A stretch of DNA of 64,000 nucleotides from the NCBI GenBank assembly GCA_034669905.1, contig JAXMOL010000029.1, positions 26,010 to 90,009 of the forward strand, read 5' to 3'. Position 1 is the stretch's first letter, and every line of letters starts with the position of its first letter. Made by a program: the position numbers and the translations under genes. The stretch is from Candidatus Hydrogenedentota bacterium. Lineage in GTDB: Bacteria; Hydrogenedentota; Hydrogenedentia; Hydrogenedentales; JAEUWI01. This document shows positions 50,834 through 61,500 of the stretch, in pieces. The notes below the pieces were generated by a model. It did not search any database. It saw only the letters and a program-made list of their open reading frames with translations, and was not told where the DNA came from.

Positions 50834-52495
50834 CTATTCAGGCAGGTAGATGACCAGGTTTTCCAGGAACGCGAGGAGCGCGGCCTGTTCCTCGGGCGTG
50901 CTGCGCTCAAAGGCGTTTCGGGATTCCAGGCCCTCGCCATAGTGCCAGAGGATGGCCTCGGTGAGGGTGGAGGCGCGGCCATCGTGGAGGTAGGGCGGGG
51001 TGACGCCGACGCCCCAGAGGTTTTCGGTCAGGAAGACGGAGGCGCCGGTGTCTGCTTCATCGATAGATTCGGCGAGTTCATCGCCCATATCGTGGCGTTT
51101 CATGTCGCCGTAGGCCCGCACGATGGCACCGCCAGCGCCATTGCTTTCCAGGGCCCCGATGTGGCGGAGGAAATTTCCGGCCGTGTCGTAGACCTTGTTG
51201 TCTGGTTGATCGGCGGTGAGGTCGAAGGTGAGTGGGGCCTCGGGATCGAGCCCGAGTGCCACGGGATCCTGGCCACCGGGCAGGATCGCGTCGCGATAAT
51301 GCTCGTTGGTGCTGGGTTCACTGAAGATGGGGATGTCGATGGTGAGCTCGGGCACGTGGCATACCGCGCAGCCGATGGCATGGAAGACTGCTTCGCCGGC
51401 GTTGATGCGCGCGATTTCCTCGTCGCTAACCACGGGGCCGCGGGCATTTTCGCCGAGTTCGATCCGGGTGGTCGGACGGGGCTGGGCTGCCATGTAGAGG
51501 GTCAGGGCGGTCATGTCACCGATGGTGGCCTCGGTGTGCACACCGTCTCCATCGCCGTCGAGGCCATCGGCCAGGATCTCCCGTGGCTGGACGCCAAGCT
51601 CGTTGTGCATGGCATCGAGATTGAAGGAGCGCACGGTGGGGAAGGTGCCTTTCCACTGGAATGGCTTCACGACGAGGTCTTCGTCGATGCCTTCCAGGTT
51701 GCGGTAGTCGATTTCGACATCGCTTCGGGCCGGGCTTCCGTGGTCATGATTTCCCATGGGGCGGGACATTCTTCCATAACTCTTGCCACGGCTTTTCTGG
51801 GTGTGTTTACGTCGGTTTCCCGACGTGGCCTGGATGGTGATCTCACCGAAAGAGATGCCCTTGGCCTCGAGGGCTACGGTGATCGGGCCAGCACGCCGTT
51901 GGCCTTTCGCCAGGTCGATTGCTTCGTCGCGCTGGGTGTGGAGGGCTTCCGTCATCTCCTCGGCGAGGCGCTGGATGGCGCCCATGCCATGGAGATGGGG
52001 GGTATTGCGATGAATCATCTGGGCGATGTTGCCCGTGTGGAAGGGGTCCCGGTGCACGTCTGCGGCGGTGGCACCGGCACCATCGGCCACGGGCAGACTG
52101 TGGCAGGAAGCACAGCTGGAGGCGTTGGGTCCCGTTGCGCGTGCGGGGAAATGGTTGGCCCACTCTCCCCTGCCGTCGAGGTCGGCCCGGGGTATGCGCG
52201 TCGTGCGCTCTCCATTGCCGACGTTGGCGCCGCCGCCGTCAACGCTGGTGAAGTCCACCTCGAAAAACTCATCCCCCAGGTCAAAGGCAAAGAGAAAAGC
52301 GTCTAGCGGGTCGGTTGCGAACCGGGCGTTTAACGCGTCCTGGGTAATGTGTTCCACATGGGAGGGGTGGTTTTGTTCGATGATATCCAGGTCGTCTGAG
52401 CGTGCGGCGGGGTTCCACAGCAACAGGGCCAGGGCTGATGCATACACGAATATTCGAGGGTTCATGGGGGCATTCTGCAACAGAGCGTGTTTCAT
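50834..52495 (-). CDS. di-heme oxidoreductase (DHOR) family c-type cytochrome
   Basis: Signal peptide; CASCH and CAVCH; RNTPHLHG, HDMG, LWGV..TPPYLHDGRA.TL.EAILWH. Confidence 0.85.
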   Translation of the reverse strand: MKHALLQNAPMNPRIFVYASALALLLWNPAARSDDLDIIEQNHPSHVEHITQDALNARFATDPLDAFLFAFDLGDEFFEVDFTSVDGGGANVGNGERTTRIPRADLDGRGEWANHFPARATGPNASSCASCHSLPVADGAGATAADVHRDPFHTGNIAQMIHRNTPHLHGMGAIQRLAEEMTEALHTQRDEAIDLAKGQRRAGPITVALEAKGISFGEITIQATSGNRRKHTQKSRGKSYGRMSRPMGNHDHGSPARSDVEIDYRNLEGIDEDLVVKPFQWKGTFPTVRSFNLDAMHNELGVQPREILADGLDGDGDGVHTEATIGDMTALTLYMAAQPRPTTRIELGENARGPVVSDEEIARINAGEAVFHAIGCAVCHVPELTIDIPIFSEPSTNEHYRDAILPGGQDPVALGLDPEAPLTFDLTADQPDNKVYDTAGNFLRHIGALESNGAGGAIVRAYGDMKRHDMGDELAESIDEADTGASVFLTENLWGVGVTPPYLHDGRASTLTEAILWHYGEGLESRNAFERSTPEEQAALLAFLENLVIYLPE

Positions 52496-52577
52496 ATCGT
52501 TCTCCTTAGGGGTGTTTTGCCGGCGGTTGTACGTACGAAACGTGCCACCTGAAGATGAAGAGAACTACCTTAAATAG

Positions 52578-52677
52578 ATGACAGAATCGTCATGTGGCGG
52601 GAAGCCCTTGGATTGGACCAGGTGTTTTGGCGAGATGTCGCGCAGGGAAGTCGCAGTGAGATGACGAAATTGTCATC
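52578..52677. promoter_or_regulatory. two CusR-like ATGAC-N6-GTCAT boxes
   Basis: ATGACagaatcGTCAT (52578-52593) and ATGACgaaattGTCAT (52661-52676) in a divergent intergenic region. Confidence 0.6.
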
Positions 52678-52781
52678 ACGCTACGGCGGGAATCGTCATG
52701 TTGTCGTGTTTCAATGAGCGTATGACTGAAACGGTCCAAGCGCTTCGCGCGGCGACCAACGACTGAAAGCGAGGTAGGTAG

Positions 52782-53225
52782 ATGAACCCTATTCAATCTG
52801 TGCCGGGGAATACACCCCCATCGAGACCTGCTGTAAACACACCCCTGACCGAAGGGCAGATCACGCAGGCGGTGTCTATTCTGTCCCAATACGATCCGAA
52901 TTCCTTGTCGGAAGAAGACACGGCGACCATCCGCCAGGCCTTTCGCAATGCCGATATTACACCCAGTAAGGAGCTGCGTCAGGTCATTGAAGCGGCGGGT
53001 TTTGATGCCGAGCGGCTGCGTGGTGCGGAAGGGCGTGAAGGTGGGGGCCCGCCACCTCCGCCACCATCGGCGGAACAGTCCTTGAGTGCCCTCAGGCAAC
53101 TGAAGGATATTCTGTCGCAATACGACCTTTCCCATCTGGATTCAGAGCGTCAGGCGGCGCTCCTTGGAGAGCTGGAGGAGACGGGATTGCTCCAACCGGG
53201 GCTGTATGTCAACGTTTCGATTTGA
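52782..53225 (+). CDS. hypothetical helical protein with poly-Pro linker
   Basis: GAGGT RBS; internal duplication ILSQYD twice, separated by GGGPPPPPP. Confidence 0.7.
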   Translation: MNPIQSVPGNTPPSRPAVNTPLTEGQITQAVSILSQYDPNSLSEEDTATIRQAFRNADITPSKELRQVIEAAGFDAERLRGAEGREGGGPPPPPPSAEQSLSALRQLKDILSQYDLSHLDSERQAALLGELEETGLLQPGLYVNVSI

Positions 53226-53274
53226 CGGCGATGGCGCTGGCGGTAGTCCCATGGGGGCCCCGTAGGATGGAGAG

Positions 53275-54447
53275 CTATTGCTCCTTGGCGGGGCGCTCGA
53301 GGCGCTTGGGGATGGTGCCGGTATAGGTGTTTCCATCGGTGTGCACCTCCTCAATGCCGTCGTCGATCAAGATGAAGGCGCTTTGATGACCGCTGGCGTA
53401 GAAGATGTTGTCTTTGATGTGCACGTCGCCGGTTTCTGTGACATAGGCATCGGAGTTGTCGAGGCGAATTTCGCAATCTCTATCGGTGTCGTCTTTGCGC
53501 CCGTTCTCCTGGAAGACGTTGTTGCTGACCAGGAGATGACGTATTTCCGGTGCCCACAATCCTTCGCGGCCACTGTGGCGTATGATGTTGTTGGTGAGGG
53601 TGCAGAAGAGGCTGTTGCGTTCGATGGTTACCCCCCGGGAGCCGTTGTCGTTGATGATATTTCCGGCGGCCAACACGTAGGTGCATTCTTCCAGGAAGTA
53701 GCCGCCCATGGTGCTGTGGGAGACTTCGTTGTTGGTAAAGCGACCGTTGTGGCTGGCATAGAAATGGGTGCCATCGGACTTTGATCCGGTGAAGCGACAT
53801 CCGTCTACGACCCAGCCGTCCACATGGTAGAAGGCGACGCCGCCCTGGTCTTCGCGCTGGCTACCGGGTGCGGGTCCCTTGTGGTCGGTCAGGTAGTCGG
53901 CATAGACATTGCAGCAATTAATGGTGGTGACGTAGGAGAGGGTGATATTGCGAATGGGTTTTGCGTTGCTCTCGCCAAAGACGCCAATGCCGTTGGAACT
54001 AAGCTCGCGGCAGGTGAGGGATTCGATGTGCACGTTCTCGACGTCCCCGACGATGCGAATGCCCGCGATGTTTACGCCCGGATCCCACACGTCGCGACGG
54101 CCGACGATCTCTCCTCCTTTGATGGTGATATTCGAGACGTCTTTAATCAGGAAGGCTTCCCCGTCTTTGTCGAGGGCTTCCGCGCAAAGGAATGTCGCGC
54201 CCTCCATGTAAATAGTCGCGCCGTCTGGAAGTGTGATTCCCTCGGCGCTGCGGAGGTGGTAGGTGCCCGGTGCGAACCGGAAGACGGTGGGGGTATCGCC
54301 CTGGGAGGTTAAGACGTCTTGTATCCACGCCTGATGTTTTTCGGCGTCCGCCCCGTCGTAGGGACCGATGGTGACCTGGGCTTGGGCCGCTTGGTGGGCC
54401 ATGAAGATAAGGCCCAGCATTAAAATCGTTTTGAGCATCGTGCGCAT
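53275..54447 (-). CDS. right-handed parallel beta-helix (pectin lyase fold) protein
   Basis: Signal peptide; FAPGTY; repeated NN.I/GN.I..N/DG beta-helix rungs. Confidence 0.85.
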   Translation of the reverse strand: MRTMLKTILMLGLIFMAHQAAQAQVTIGPYDGADAEKHQAWIQDVLTSQGDTPTVFRFAPGTYHLRSAEGITLPDGATIYMEGATFLCAEALDKDGEAFLIKDVSNITIKGGEIVGRRDVWDPGVNIAGIRIVGDVENVHIESLTCRELSSNGIGVFGESNAKPIRNITLSYVTTINCCNVYADYLTDHKGPAPGSQREDQGGVAFYHVDGWVVDGCRFTGSKSDGTHFYASHNGRFTNNEVSHSTMGGYFLEECTYVLAAGNIINDNGSRGVTIERNSLFCTLTNNIIRHSGREGLWAPEIRHLLVSNNVFQENGRKDDTDRDCEIRLDNSDAYVTETGDVHIKDNIFYASGHQSAFILIDDGIEEVHTDGNTYTGTIPKRLERPAKEQ

Positions 54448-54485
54448 CGGGTACGGATTCCTTTTCTAACAGGGGCGTCGGGTGC

Positions 54486-55313
54486 CTACTTCATTGCCGC
54501 TTCGAAGAACGCCATAGTCTGGGCCTGGAAGGACTCCATGACGTCGTCCTTGTGGGCCTGATTCTCTACGGTGTGAAATTCAACGACGTAATTCTTTTCC
54601 TGCAACAACCGGGCGAGTCGTTGGCTGTTTTCGTAAAGCACGGTGGGGTCGGCGTTACCGTGGATGAGCATGACGGGAATCTTCGCGAAGGCGTCGACAT
54701 TCTTAATCGCGGAATTGCGGTCATAGGCCTCGGGCACTTCTTCATAGGTGCCGCCGTAGGCGCTTGCGACCGAGTCGTGGTACCGGGGATTCTCGACGAC
54801 CCAGGTGGCGAAATCGGTCATGGGCATGACGGCGCATACCGACTGAATGAGATCGGGCCGGTGGATGGCGTAGGCGAGAGAAGAGCCAGCCCCCATGCTG
54901 GTGCCCATGACGTGGACCCGCGTGGCCGGAATCTGTTGCTGTTCCAGGACTTGGGCGACGATACCATCGAGGGTCGCCTTTGCGCGGTCATTCATGAAGT
55001 GCTTTTTCCCCAGTTCGGGGACGATCATGTAGTAGCCCCGCGCCGCCAGTTGGGCGCGCAGCTGGGCGTAGGGTGGGCGTTTGACGTTGTAGTTTTCGAT
55101 GGAACCACCGGCACCGTAGAGAAAAATGAGCAGGGACCGTTGGGCAGGCGGGGTCGCAGCCGGGCTGTAGAGCAGATAGGGTGCCGTGGTCTTGGTGTTG
55201 GGGTCCTGGTATTCCTGTCGGGTGATGTTTTCTACCGGGGCGGGCGCCTGCCCATAGCTGAGGGGGCAAAGGGCGAAAACAAGCAGGAGCAGAACGGGAA
55301 TAGGGTGTTTCAT
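54486..55313 (-). CDS. secreted alpha/beta hydrolase (esterase/peptidase S9-like)
   Basis: GTSMG nucleophile elbow, IHGNADPTV, C-terminal His. Confidence 0.85.
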   Translation of the reverse strand: MKHPIPVLLLLVFALCPLSYGQAPAPVENITRQEYQDPNTKTTAPYLLYSPAATPPAQRSLLIFLYGAGGSIENYNVKRPPYAQLRAQLAARGYYMIVPELGKKHFMNDRAKATLDGIVAQVLEQQQIPATRVHVMGTSMGAGSSLAYAIHRPDLIQSVCAVMPMTDFATWVVENPRYHDSVASAYGGTYEEVPEAYDRNSAIKNVDAFAKIPVMLIHGNADPTVLYENSQRLARLLQEKNYVVEFHTVENQAHKDDVMESFQAQTMAFFEAAMK

Positions 55314-55501
55314 AGAAACCTCGGAGTTGTTGGGACGGTCGGTTGATGCTGCTCCGAGTGTAAGTGCCGTTGCGGGTTGATTGCAACGGATGGCGGATGA
55401 CAGCGACGGCGTCCGACGGGGTGGGTCTATGGGTGCTCCGAACGCGCTTGCTCGCGGCGTTGGGTGGGGGGCGCTGGGTTCGGGAGCAAGCTCCCTCGGT
55501 A

Positions 55502-55528
55502 AAAGCGGCGGCGAGCCACCGCAGTCCA
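55502..55528. repeat. REP-like palindrome
   Basis: AAAGCGGCGGCGAGCCACCGCAGTCCA hairpin (GCGGCGGC/GCCACCGC) in intergenic DNA. Confidence 0.4.
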
Positions 55529-55602
55529 GAGGGGGAATGAAAACGCACCGCCACGGTGTCCGTAGCGGTGCGGGGGGATGGATAGTTTACAGGGTGTGCG
55601 TT

Positions 55603-58332
55603 CTAACCTGTAGTACGCTCTCCACTGGCGATGGCGTTGACGGAAAGAAGCAGCGAGGGCATGAGGGCGTCGGCCTCCTTGTTACGTCGCTTGGCCCGCA
55701 GGTCACGCCACTCGCGGAGAAGTGCGATCTGAATGGCGTGAAGACGACGGAGTCCTTCGGCGCGCATGGCGAGGGTCCGGGTGAGTCGGGGACGGCGTGC
55801 GGCACGGGGGGCCCCGAAGAAATCTTCGAGCATCTGCTCAGTCCGGTCGAATTCGCCCTTAATGCGGGCAAACTGGGCCTTGCGCAGGGCGGCATCGGGA
55901 ACGAGGTCGGCGTATTGCTTCATGATATCCAGGTCGGCTGAGGCGAGGCTGGTTTCCGCGTTGTAGAGTACATAGCGGACGAAGGACCATTTCTTCGAGG
56001 CCTTCTTCAGGAAGCGATAGTCTGCAGGGTGTTCTTCCCGGAGGCGCTCCAGGGCAGAGCCGACACCAAACCAACCCGGCAGATAGTAGCGGGCCTGGGT
56101 CCAGCTGAATACCCAGGGAATGGCCCGGAGATCTTCGATGGAGCGCTTGCCACTGCGTCGGGAGGGCCGGGAGCCGATAAAACTCCGCTCCAGGGCATCG
56201 ATGGGCGTGGCGGCCGACCAGAATTTAATGAAGCCGGGGGACTCAAGCTGTTCCTGATAGGCTTCCTGGCTGTACTGGCTGATGCGCTCGCCGATATCAT
56301 GCAAGCGGGGTGTGACGGACTCGGCGCGGCTGTTTTTCAGGGTGGCCACGGTGACGCCGGCGGTGAGCAATTCCAGGTTGTAGACGGCGGTGGGCAGGTT
56401 GCCGAATTTCTGGCCAATGACTTCGCCCTGTTCCGTCAGACGGACGCGGCCGTCGAGGGAGCCCGCAGGGAGGGCTTCCAGAAATCGGTTGGTGGGGCCG
56501 GCACCGCGGCTGAACGTACCGCCGCGGCCATGGAAGAAATAGCACGAGCGGCCGTGGGCACGGCAGACCGCGGAGAGTTCACGCTGGGCCTTGTTGAGGG
56601 CCCATTGGCTGGCCAACATGCCCGCACTCTTGTTGCTGTCGCTGTACCCCACCATAACCTGCTGGGGCAGGGTGCCATAGCGTTTGGTAATGGGGTGGGC
56701 CACGAAGTCTTCGAGGATGGCCCCACTGCCGGTGAGATCATCCAGGGTTTCAAAGAGGGGCACGACTTCGAGTGCGCAGCGGATGCCTGCTTCGTCCCGT
56801 TGCATGAGGCCCACTTCCCGGGCGAAGAGGTAAATGGCGAGGAGGTCGGTGACGTCGCGGGTCATGCTGACGATGAACCCGCCAATGCCTGCGGGGCCGT
56901 AGTTTTCTATATGCTCTGCGATGACGCCATAGACATCGAGGACGGCGGTGGCTTCAAGGCCCAGGTGTCCGCGCCGTGGGGCGATGGGCCGGAGTGACTT
57001 GAGTTCGCGGTTCAGGAATTTCAGTCGCTTCTCGTAGTCCCACTGAACGTAATCCCAATCTTCAAAGCCGGCGGCCTGCAGCAATTGTGCGAGGGCCTTG
57101 GCGTGGAAATCGCTGTTCTGTCGGATGTCGAGGGCGGCCATGTGAAAGCCGAAGGTTTCCAGGTGGAGGAGTACGGGCTCTACTTCCGCCTTGGCAAGGC
57201 GGGTTGCGCCCACAGTCTCGAGGGAAGCGACCAGGATTTCCAGATCGTCGCGGAGGGCTTCCGGGTGGGTGTAGGGGCTGTCGATCCGGGTCCGGGCATC
57301 ATCGAGGAGCAGGCGCATGATCTGAACAAATTCGCGCCAGGGCTCGTGGGCGAGGGGGGCCAGGGTTTCGAGGGCAGCGGGTGCCAACTGGGCCTTTCGG
57401 GTGTTCATGGCATCTTTCAATGCCACGGGCACGAGCTGGAAGAGATCGGAAAGGGTAAGGTTGTCGGCGAGCACATTCAGCAGGCCGCGCACCCGATCAA
57501 TGGCTTCATTGCGCAATCGCGCGAGGGCCTCTCGGGTCAATTCGGCGGTGACCAGGGGGTGTCCATCGCGATCGCCGCCAACCCAGTTGCCGAAGAGGAG
57601 GCGGGGTTTGCGGGCGCTCTTGCGAAGGGCTTCGGCATCAAGGCCCGCTTCTTTCCAGGCATTCCGGAAGCGCTGGCGTACCTGCAACACGGCTTCGGGA
57701 AAGACGACGCCGAGGTAATCCCGCATATCGTCGAGTTCGGTGAGTACGTCGGGTTTCTTGAGATACATTTCACCGGTGCGCCAGAGGCGTTCGAGATGGG
57801 CCTTAATGCGATCACGGATGGCATCCCGCTCCTGCTCGGTCCAATCGGTTCGTTCCAGGCGGGCGCAGGCTTCGTAGAGGGCACGGTGTTGGCGCAGGAC
57901 CACCGGGCGCTTTGCCTCGGTGGGGTGGGCCGTTAAGACGACCTCCACCTGGACGCGGTCAAGAGCGTCCAGGATTTCGTCCTGGGTAAATCCGTCTTTC
58001 AGAAGTTCCTGAAGACCGCGTCCCCAGAGGCCGGGTTCATGGAGAAGACCAAGATGGCGTTCCCGTTCGCGGCGGCCCAGGGCTGCGGCATTTTCCTCTA
58101 CGATATTCAAAAGGTGGTAGGCGATAGAAACGACCTGGAGCTGCCGATTGACCCGCTCTATGTCCACGCCTTTTCGGGCGCGGCGGGTGGCTTTGGTGGT
58201 GCGCCAGGGCAAGAATTCCACCAGCCGCGTTTCGTCGAGTTCTTCGAGAACTTCGGCGAAGCACTGGGTGAGGAAGTCGCGGTCCTGCTCTACCTTTTCG
58301 GACCACTCTGGCATCAATTCTCTTTTCGGCAT
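55603..58332 (-). CDS. ppc: phosphoenolpyruvate carboxylase
   Basis: VLTAHPTE, WVGGDRDGHP, DIRQNS, VPLFET, QVMVGYSDS, FHGRGG, TEQGE, LRAIPWVFSWTQ. Confidence 0.97.
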   Translation of the reverse strand: MPKRELMPEWSEKVEQDRDFLTQCFAEVLEELDETRLVEFLPWRTTKATRRARKGVDIERVNRQLQVVSIAYHLLNIVEENAAALGRRERERHLGLLHEPGLWGRGLQELLKDGFTQDEILDALDRVQVEVVLTAHPTEAKRPVVLRQHRALYEACARLERTDWTEQERDAIRDRIKAHLERLWRTGEMYLKKPDVLTELDDMRDYLGVVFPEAVLQVRQRFRNAWKEAGLDAEALRKSARKPRLLFGNWVGGDRDGHPLVTAELTREALARLRNEAIDRVRGLLNVLADNLTLSDLFQLVPVALKDAMNTRKAQLAPAALETLAPLAHEPWREFVQIMRLLLDDARTRIDSPYTHPEALRDDLEILVASLETVGATRLAKAEVEPVLLHLETFGFHMAALDIRQNSDFHAKALAQLLQAAGFEDWDYVQWDYEKRLKFLNRELKSLRPIAPRRGHLGLEATAVLDVYGVIAEHIENYGPAGIGGFIVSMTRDVTDLLAIYLFAREVGLMQRDEAGIRCALEVVPLFETLDDLTGSGAILEDFVAHPITKRYGTLPQQVMVGYSDSNKSAGMLASQWALNKAQRELSAVCRAHGRSCYFFHGRGGTFSRGAGPTNRFLEALPAGSLDGRVRLTEQGEVIGQKFGNLPTAVYNLELLTAGVTVATLKNSRAESVTPRLHDIGERISQYSQEAYQEQLESPGFIKFWSAATPIDALERSFIGSRPSRRSGKRSIEDLRAIPWVFSWTQARYYLPGWFGVGSALERLREEHPADYRFLKKASKKWSFVRYVLYNAETSLASADLDIMKQYADLVPDAALRKAQFARIKGEFDRTEQMLEDFFGAPRAARRPRLTRTLAMRAEGLRRLHAIQIALLREWRDLRAKRRNKEADALMPSLLLSVNAIASGERTTG

Positions 58333-58503
58333 GCTATACCCTCTTGCGTAAAGTTGCGGGTTGTGGGCCGGGGGGGAGTGGGTCAGCCCAGGAAGTTGCC
58401 CGACAATTTTTCCGCAATTCTAACAAATAGTGCCCCCTCACGGCCTGTTTTTGCAGGAATCAGGCCGCGGGGGGCACGGGAGCATCCCGGCGTGTTCCGT
58501 CTC

Positions 58504-61500
58504 CTAGGGGGCAGGAAGGAGTTGCAGGGCGCGCACGTCAGCGAGTTCTTTTTTCAGGGGGCCATCGGGGCGCAACAGGATTCGGTTGGTGCCGGCACGG
58601 AGTGTGAGGGTGCCACTGGGTTGGGGGTGGAAGCGGTCGTAGCCTCCCGTGTCGGGCACTTCGCCCCGGGTTCGGCTGTTTTCCGTTTCGATGACATAGG
58701 CATCCCCTGCTGACTCCCCGTCGGCGGCGAGGGTGACCGTCACGTCGTAGGTCCCGGCCTTCTTTACGTCGACCTGCCATTCGACCATATCCTCGGCCAC
58801 GACCCAGGGGGCCAGCACGTCGAGGGTGGGGCGGTAGGCAAGGCGCTGTCCGAATACGGTGGCCTTGCTCGCGGGGAGGTGGATGGTGCCGTCGGCTTCG
58901 GGCGCAATGGCCATCAGGGTGTTGGCGTCGTGGCCCACCTGCAGCAACTCTTCGGCCCGCCAGGGGAGATAGCGGTCGGCGGCTTCCTGGCGCACTTCCG
59001 CTACGAGATCCGGAGCGACCGGGTCGGCCACATTGCCCCAGGCGCGCCGGATGTAGCTGAGCAGGCCTGCGATCTGTTCGTCGTCGTAGACGCCGAAGGA
59101 GGGCATGCTGAGATTCCAGGTCTGGCCATTGACTTCGATGGGGCCGTAGAGTCCGTGGAGGAGGACCCGGGCAATGCGTTCGGGCGGGCCATTGACCCAC
59201 TCGCTGCCGACGAGGGGTGGGGCCACCCCGGGCACGCCACCCCCGTGGGGTTGGTGACAGGCGACACAGGCGACGGTATAGAGTTCTTGTCCGGCCACCA
59301 CGCGGGCCTGTTCTTCGAGGGCCAGGGGCGCTGCGTTCTGCGTGAGGGTGTCGGGCATGGTGGCGCCCGGCCAGGTGAAGTGGTTGAGGGCCCGGAAGAC
59401 TTTCTCGCGGGTCGCGAAGTCCGCGGTCCGCATCAATCCGGTCAGGGCTTTGGGCTCTTCGGCGAGGGCGAAGGGGTGGGCGTAGCGGATGCGGGCGAAG
59501 GCCTGTAAGAAGGCATCCCGTTGCCCAATCCGGTCTTCGGGGGTGCTCTCGAAGAGGGCGAAGAGGGCCGCCACCCGAGGGGGATTCGCTTCTTCGAGGA
59601 CACACTGGGCGAGTAGGGAGACGACGGTGGGATTCTGGATATCTCGCTCGGTCCAGGCCTGGAGGAACTCCAGCTCACGTCCCTGGAGCCCGGAGACAAC
59701 GGCGCTGAGGAAGAGGGGATGGCTCTCGGTGGCGAGTATGTCGGCAAGGCGGGCAGCGGCCTCGGGGGTGTCGAAGGTGCCCAGGCTCAGGGCCCGTTGG
59801 AGGCGTGCGCGCTCACTGGGATCGCTGGCGTGGGAAGCGAGGGCGGGATACATGTCACCTTCCCCTTCGGAGAGGCGGATGGCCGCGGCACGGACGCGCT
59901 CATCGGGACTCTTCAAGGCGTGCTGGCGGGTTGCGGTATCGAGCGCACCGAGTCCATGGAGGGTCCAGAGGGCATGGAGTTGGGCCAGGGGGGCGCCCTC
60001 CGTTACCAACTTTCGAAGACCGGGCACGGCGTCGGGGTCGGCCTGTTCCAGGAGAAGTCGCTGGGCGGTGAGGCGGTGCCAGCCATTGGGATGGCCGAGG
60101 GTTTCTACCAGTTTGGGGGTGGATGCCTCCGCGAGTTTCGGGGAGTGGCGGTCAATGGGTTGATCTTCGGCGACGATGCGCCAGATACGGCCGAGGTCGT
60201 TGCCCTGGCTGAGGTCACGCTCTTCGATTTGCTTGGTGAGCCAGGGCACCATGAAGATGACGTGCTCGATGATGCCGTGGTACATATCGGCCACATAGAG
60301 GGCACCGTCGGGGCCGACACGGGCGTTGACGGGGCGGAAGCGCTCGTCCGTGGAGGCGAGGAACTCCTGCTCGGCGGGGTAGAAGCGGGTGGCCTGGGGG
60401 GCGATGCCGTCGTTGAGTTTCAGGCGTCCCACCAGGTGGCCGCCCGATTCGGGCACGAAGACATTGCGGTGGGCGTCGGCGGGGAACTGGTGGCCGTCAT
60501 AGAAGGTGGTGCCACTGGCGATGGTGTAGGTCTCCAGACGGCCATCATCGCGAAGCTCCAGGGCGCCCAGGGTCACGGCGGGGGTCACGCGGATGGGGAA
60601 AACTTCTTGCCCCTGGGGCGCGACGTCGACGTTCACCCCGAAGGCGCTGCGGTCGATGCCGCCTCGTTGAAAGACCGTGTGAAGGTGGGGATTGCGGAGA
60701 ATGTATTCGGCGGGAATGTAGTCGCCAAAGAGGGCCCGGTTTTCGTAGCAGGTCATGAAGCGCCCGGTCTCGTCGAAGGTGACACCAAACTGACCCCGCT
60801 TGATGGTTTCCTCTTCGATGAGTTGTCCGTCCTGCCAGCGATAGCGCTTTGTCCAGTCCGCGCAGTGGAGCCAGTTGTCGATGCCATAGCGGAGGCCGTT
60901 GGCCGTGTGTTGGGGATTGCCCGCCTTGCCCATTTCGCCCACTTCGGTGCGTCGGTCGGCCCGAAGATCGCCATCCGTATCTTCGCAAAACCAGAGGGTG
61001 GGCGGTTCCTGGAGGAGGAGGCCTCCCTTCACGAAGGCGAAGGAGCGGGGCATGACGAGTTCGTCCATAAACACGGTGCTCGTGTCGGCCTTGCCGTCGG
61101 CGTCTGTGTCTTCGAGGACCACGACGCGGCAGATGGGTTCGTCTTCGCCCGTGCCGTAGACATCGCGCATGTAGCCCTGGTATTCGACGACCCAGATACG
61201 TCCGTCGGGGTCAAACTCGAAGAAGATGGGATTGTGCACGAGGGGCTCTGCGGCGACGAGTTCGACGCGGTAGCCCGGGGCCACCTGGAAGGTCTTCTGT
61301 TCCTCCTCCGCGGTGAGCACGGGCGCAGGGGGCACGTCGATACGTTCCAGCAGGGCTTCGCCTTTTTCCCAGTCGGCCCACCCGGTGAGGGCGGAAGGGG
61401 GACGTACCCGGGGGCGATCCTTCGGGACGGCATCTTGCGCGGGCGCATTCGCAGAAAAGACCAAGAGGGCCATCAGGGCGGCGAGGCAACCACGAATGGA

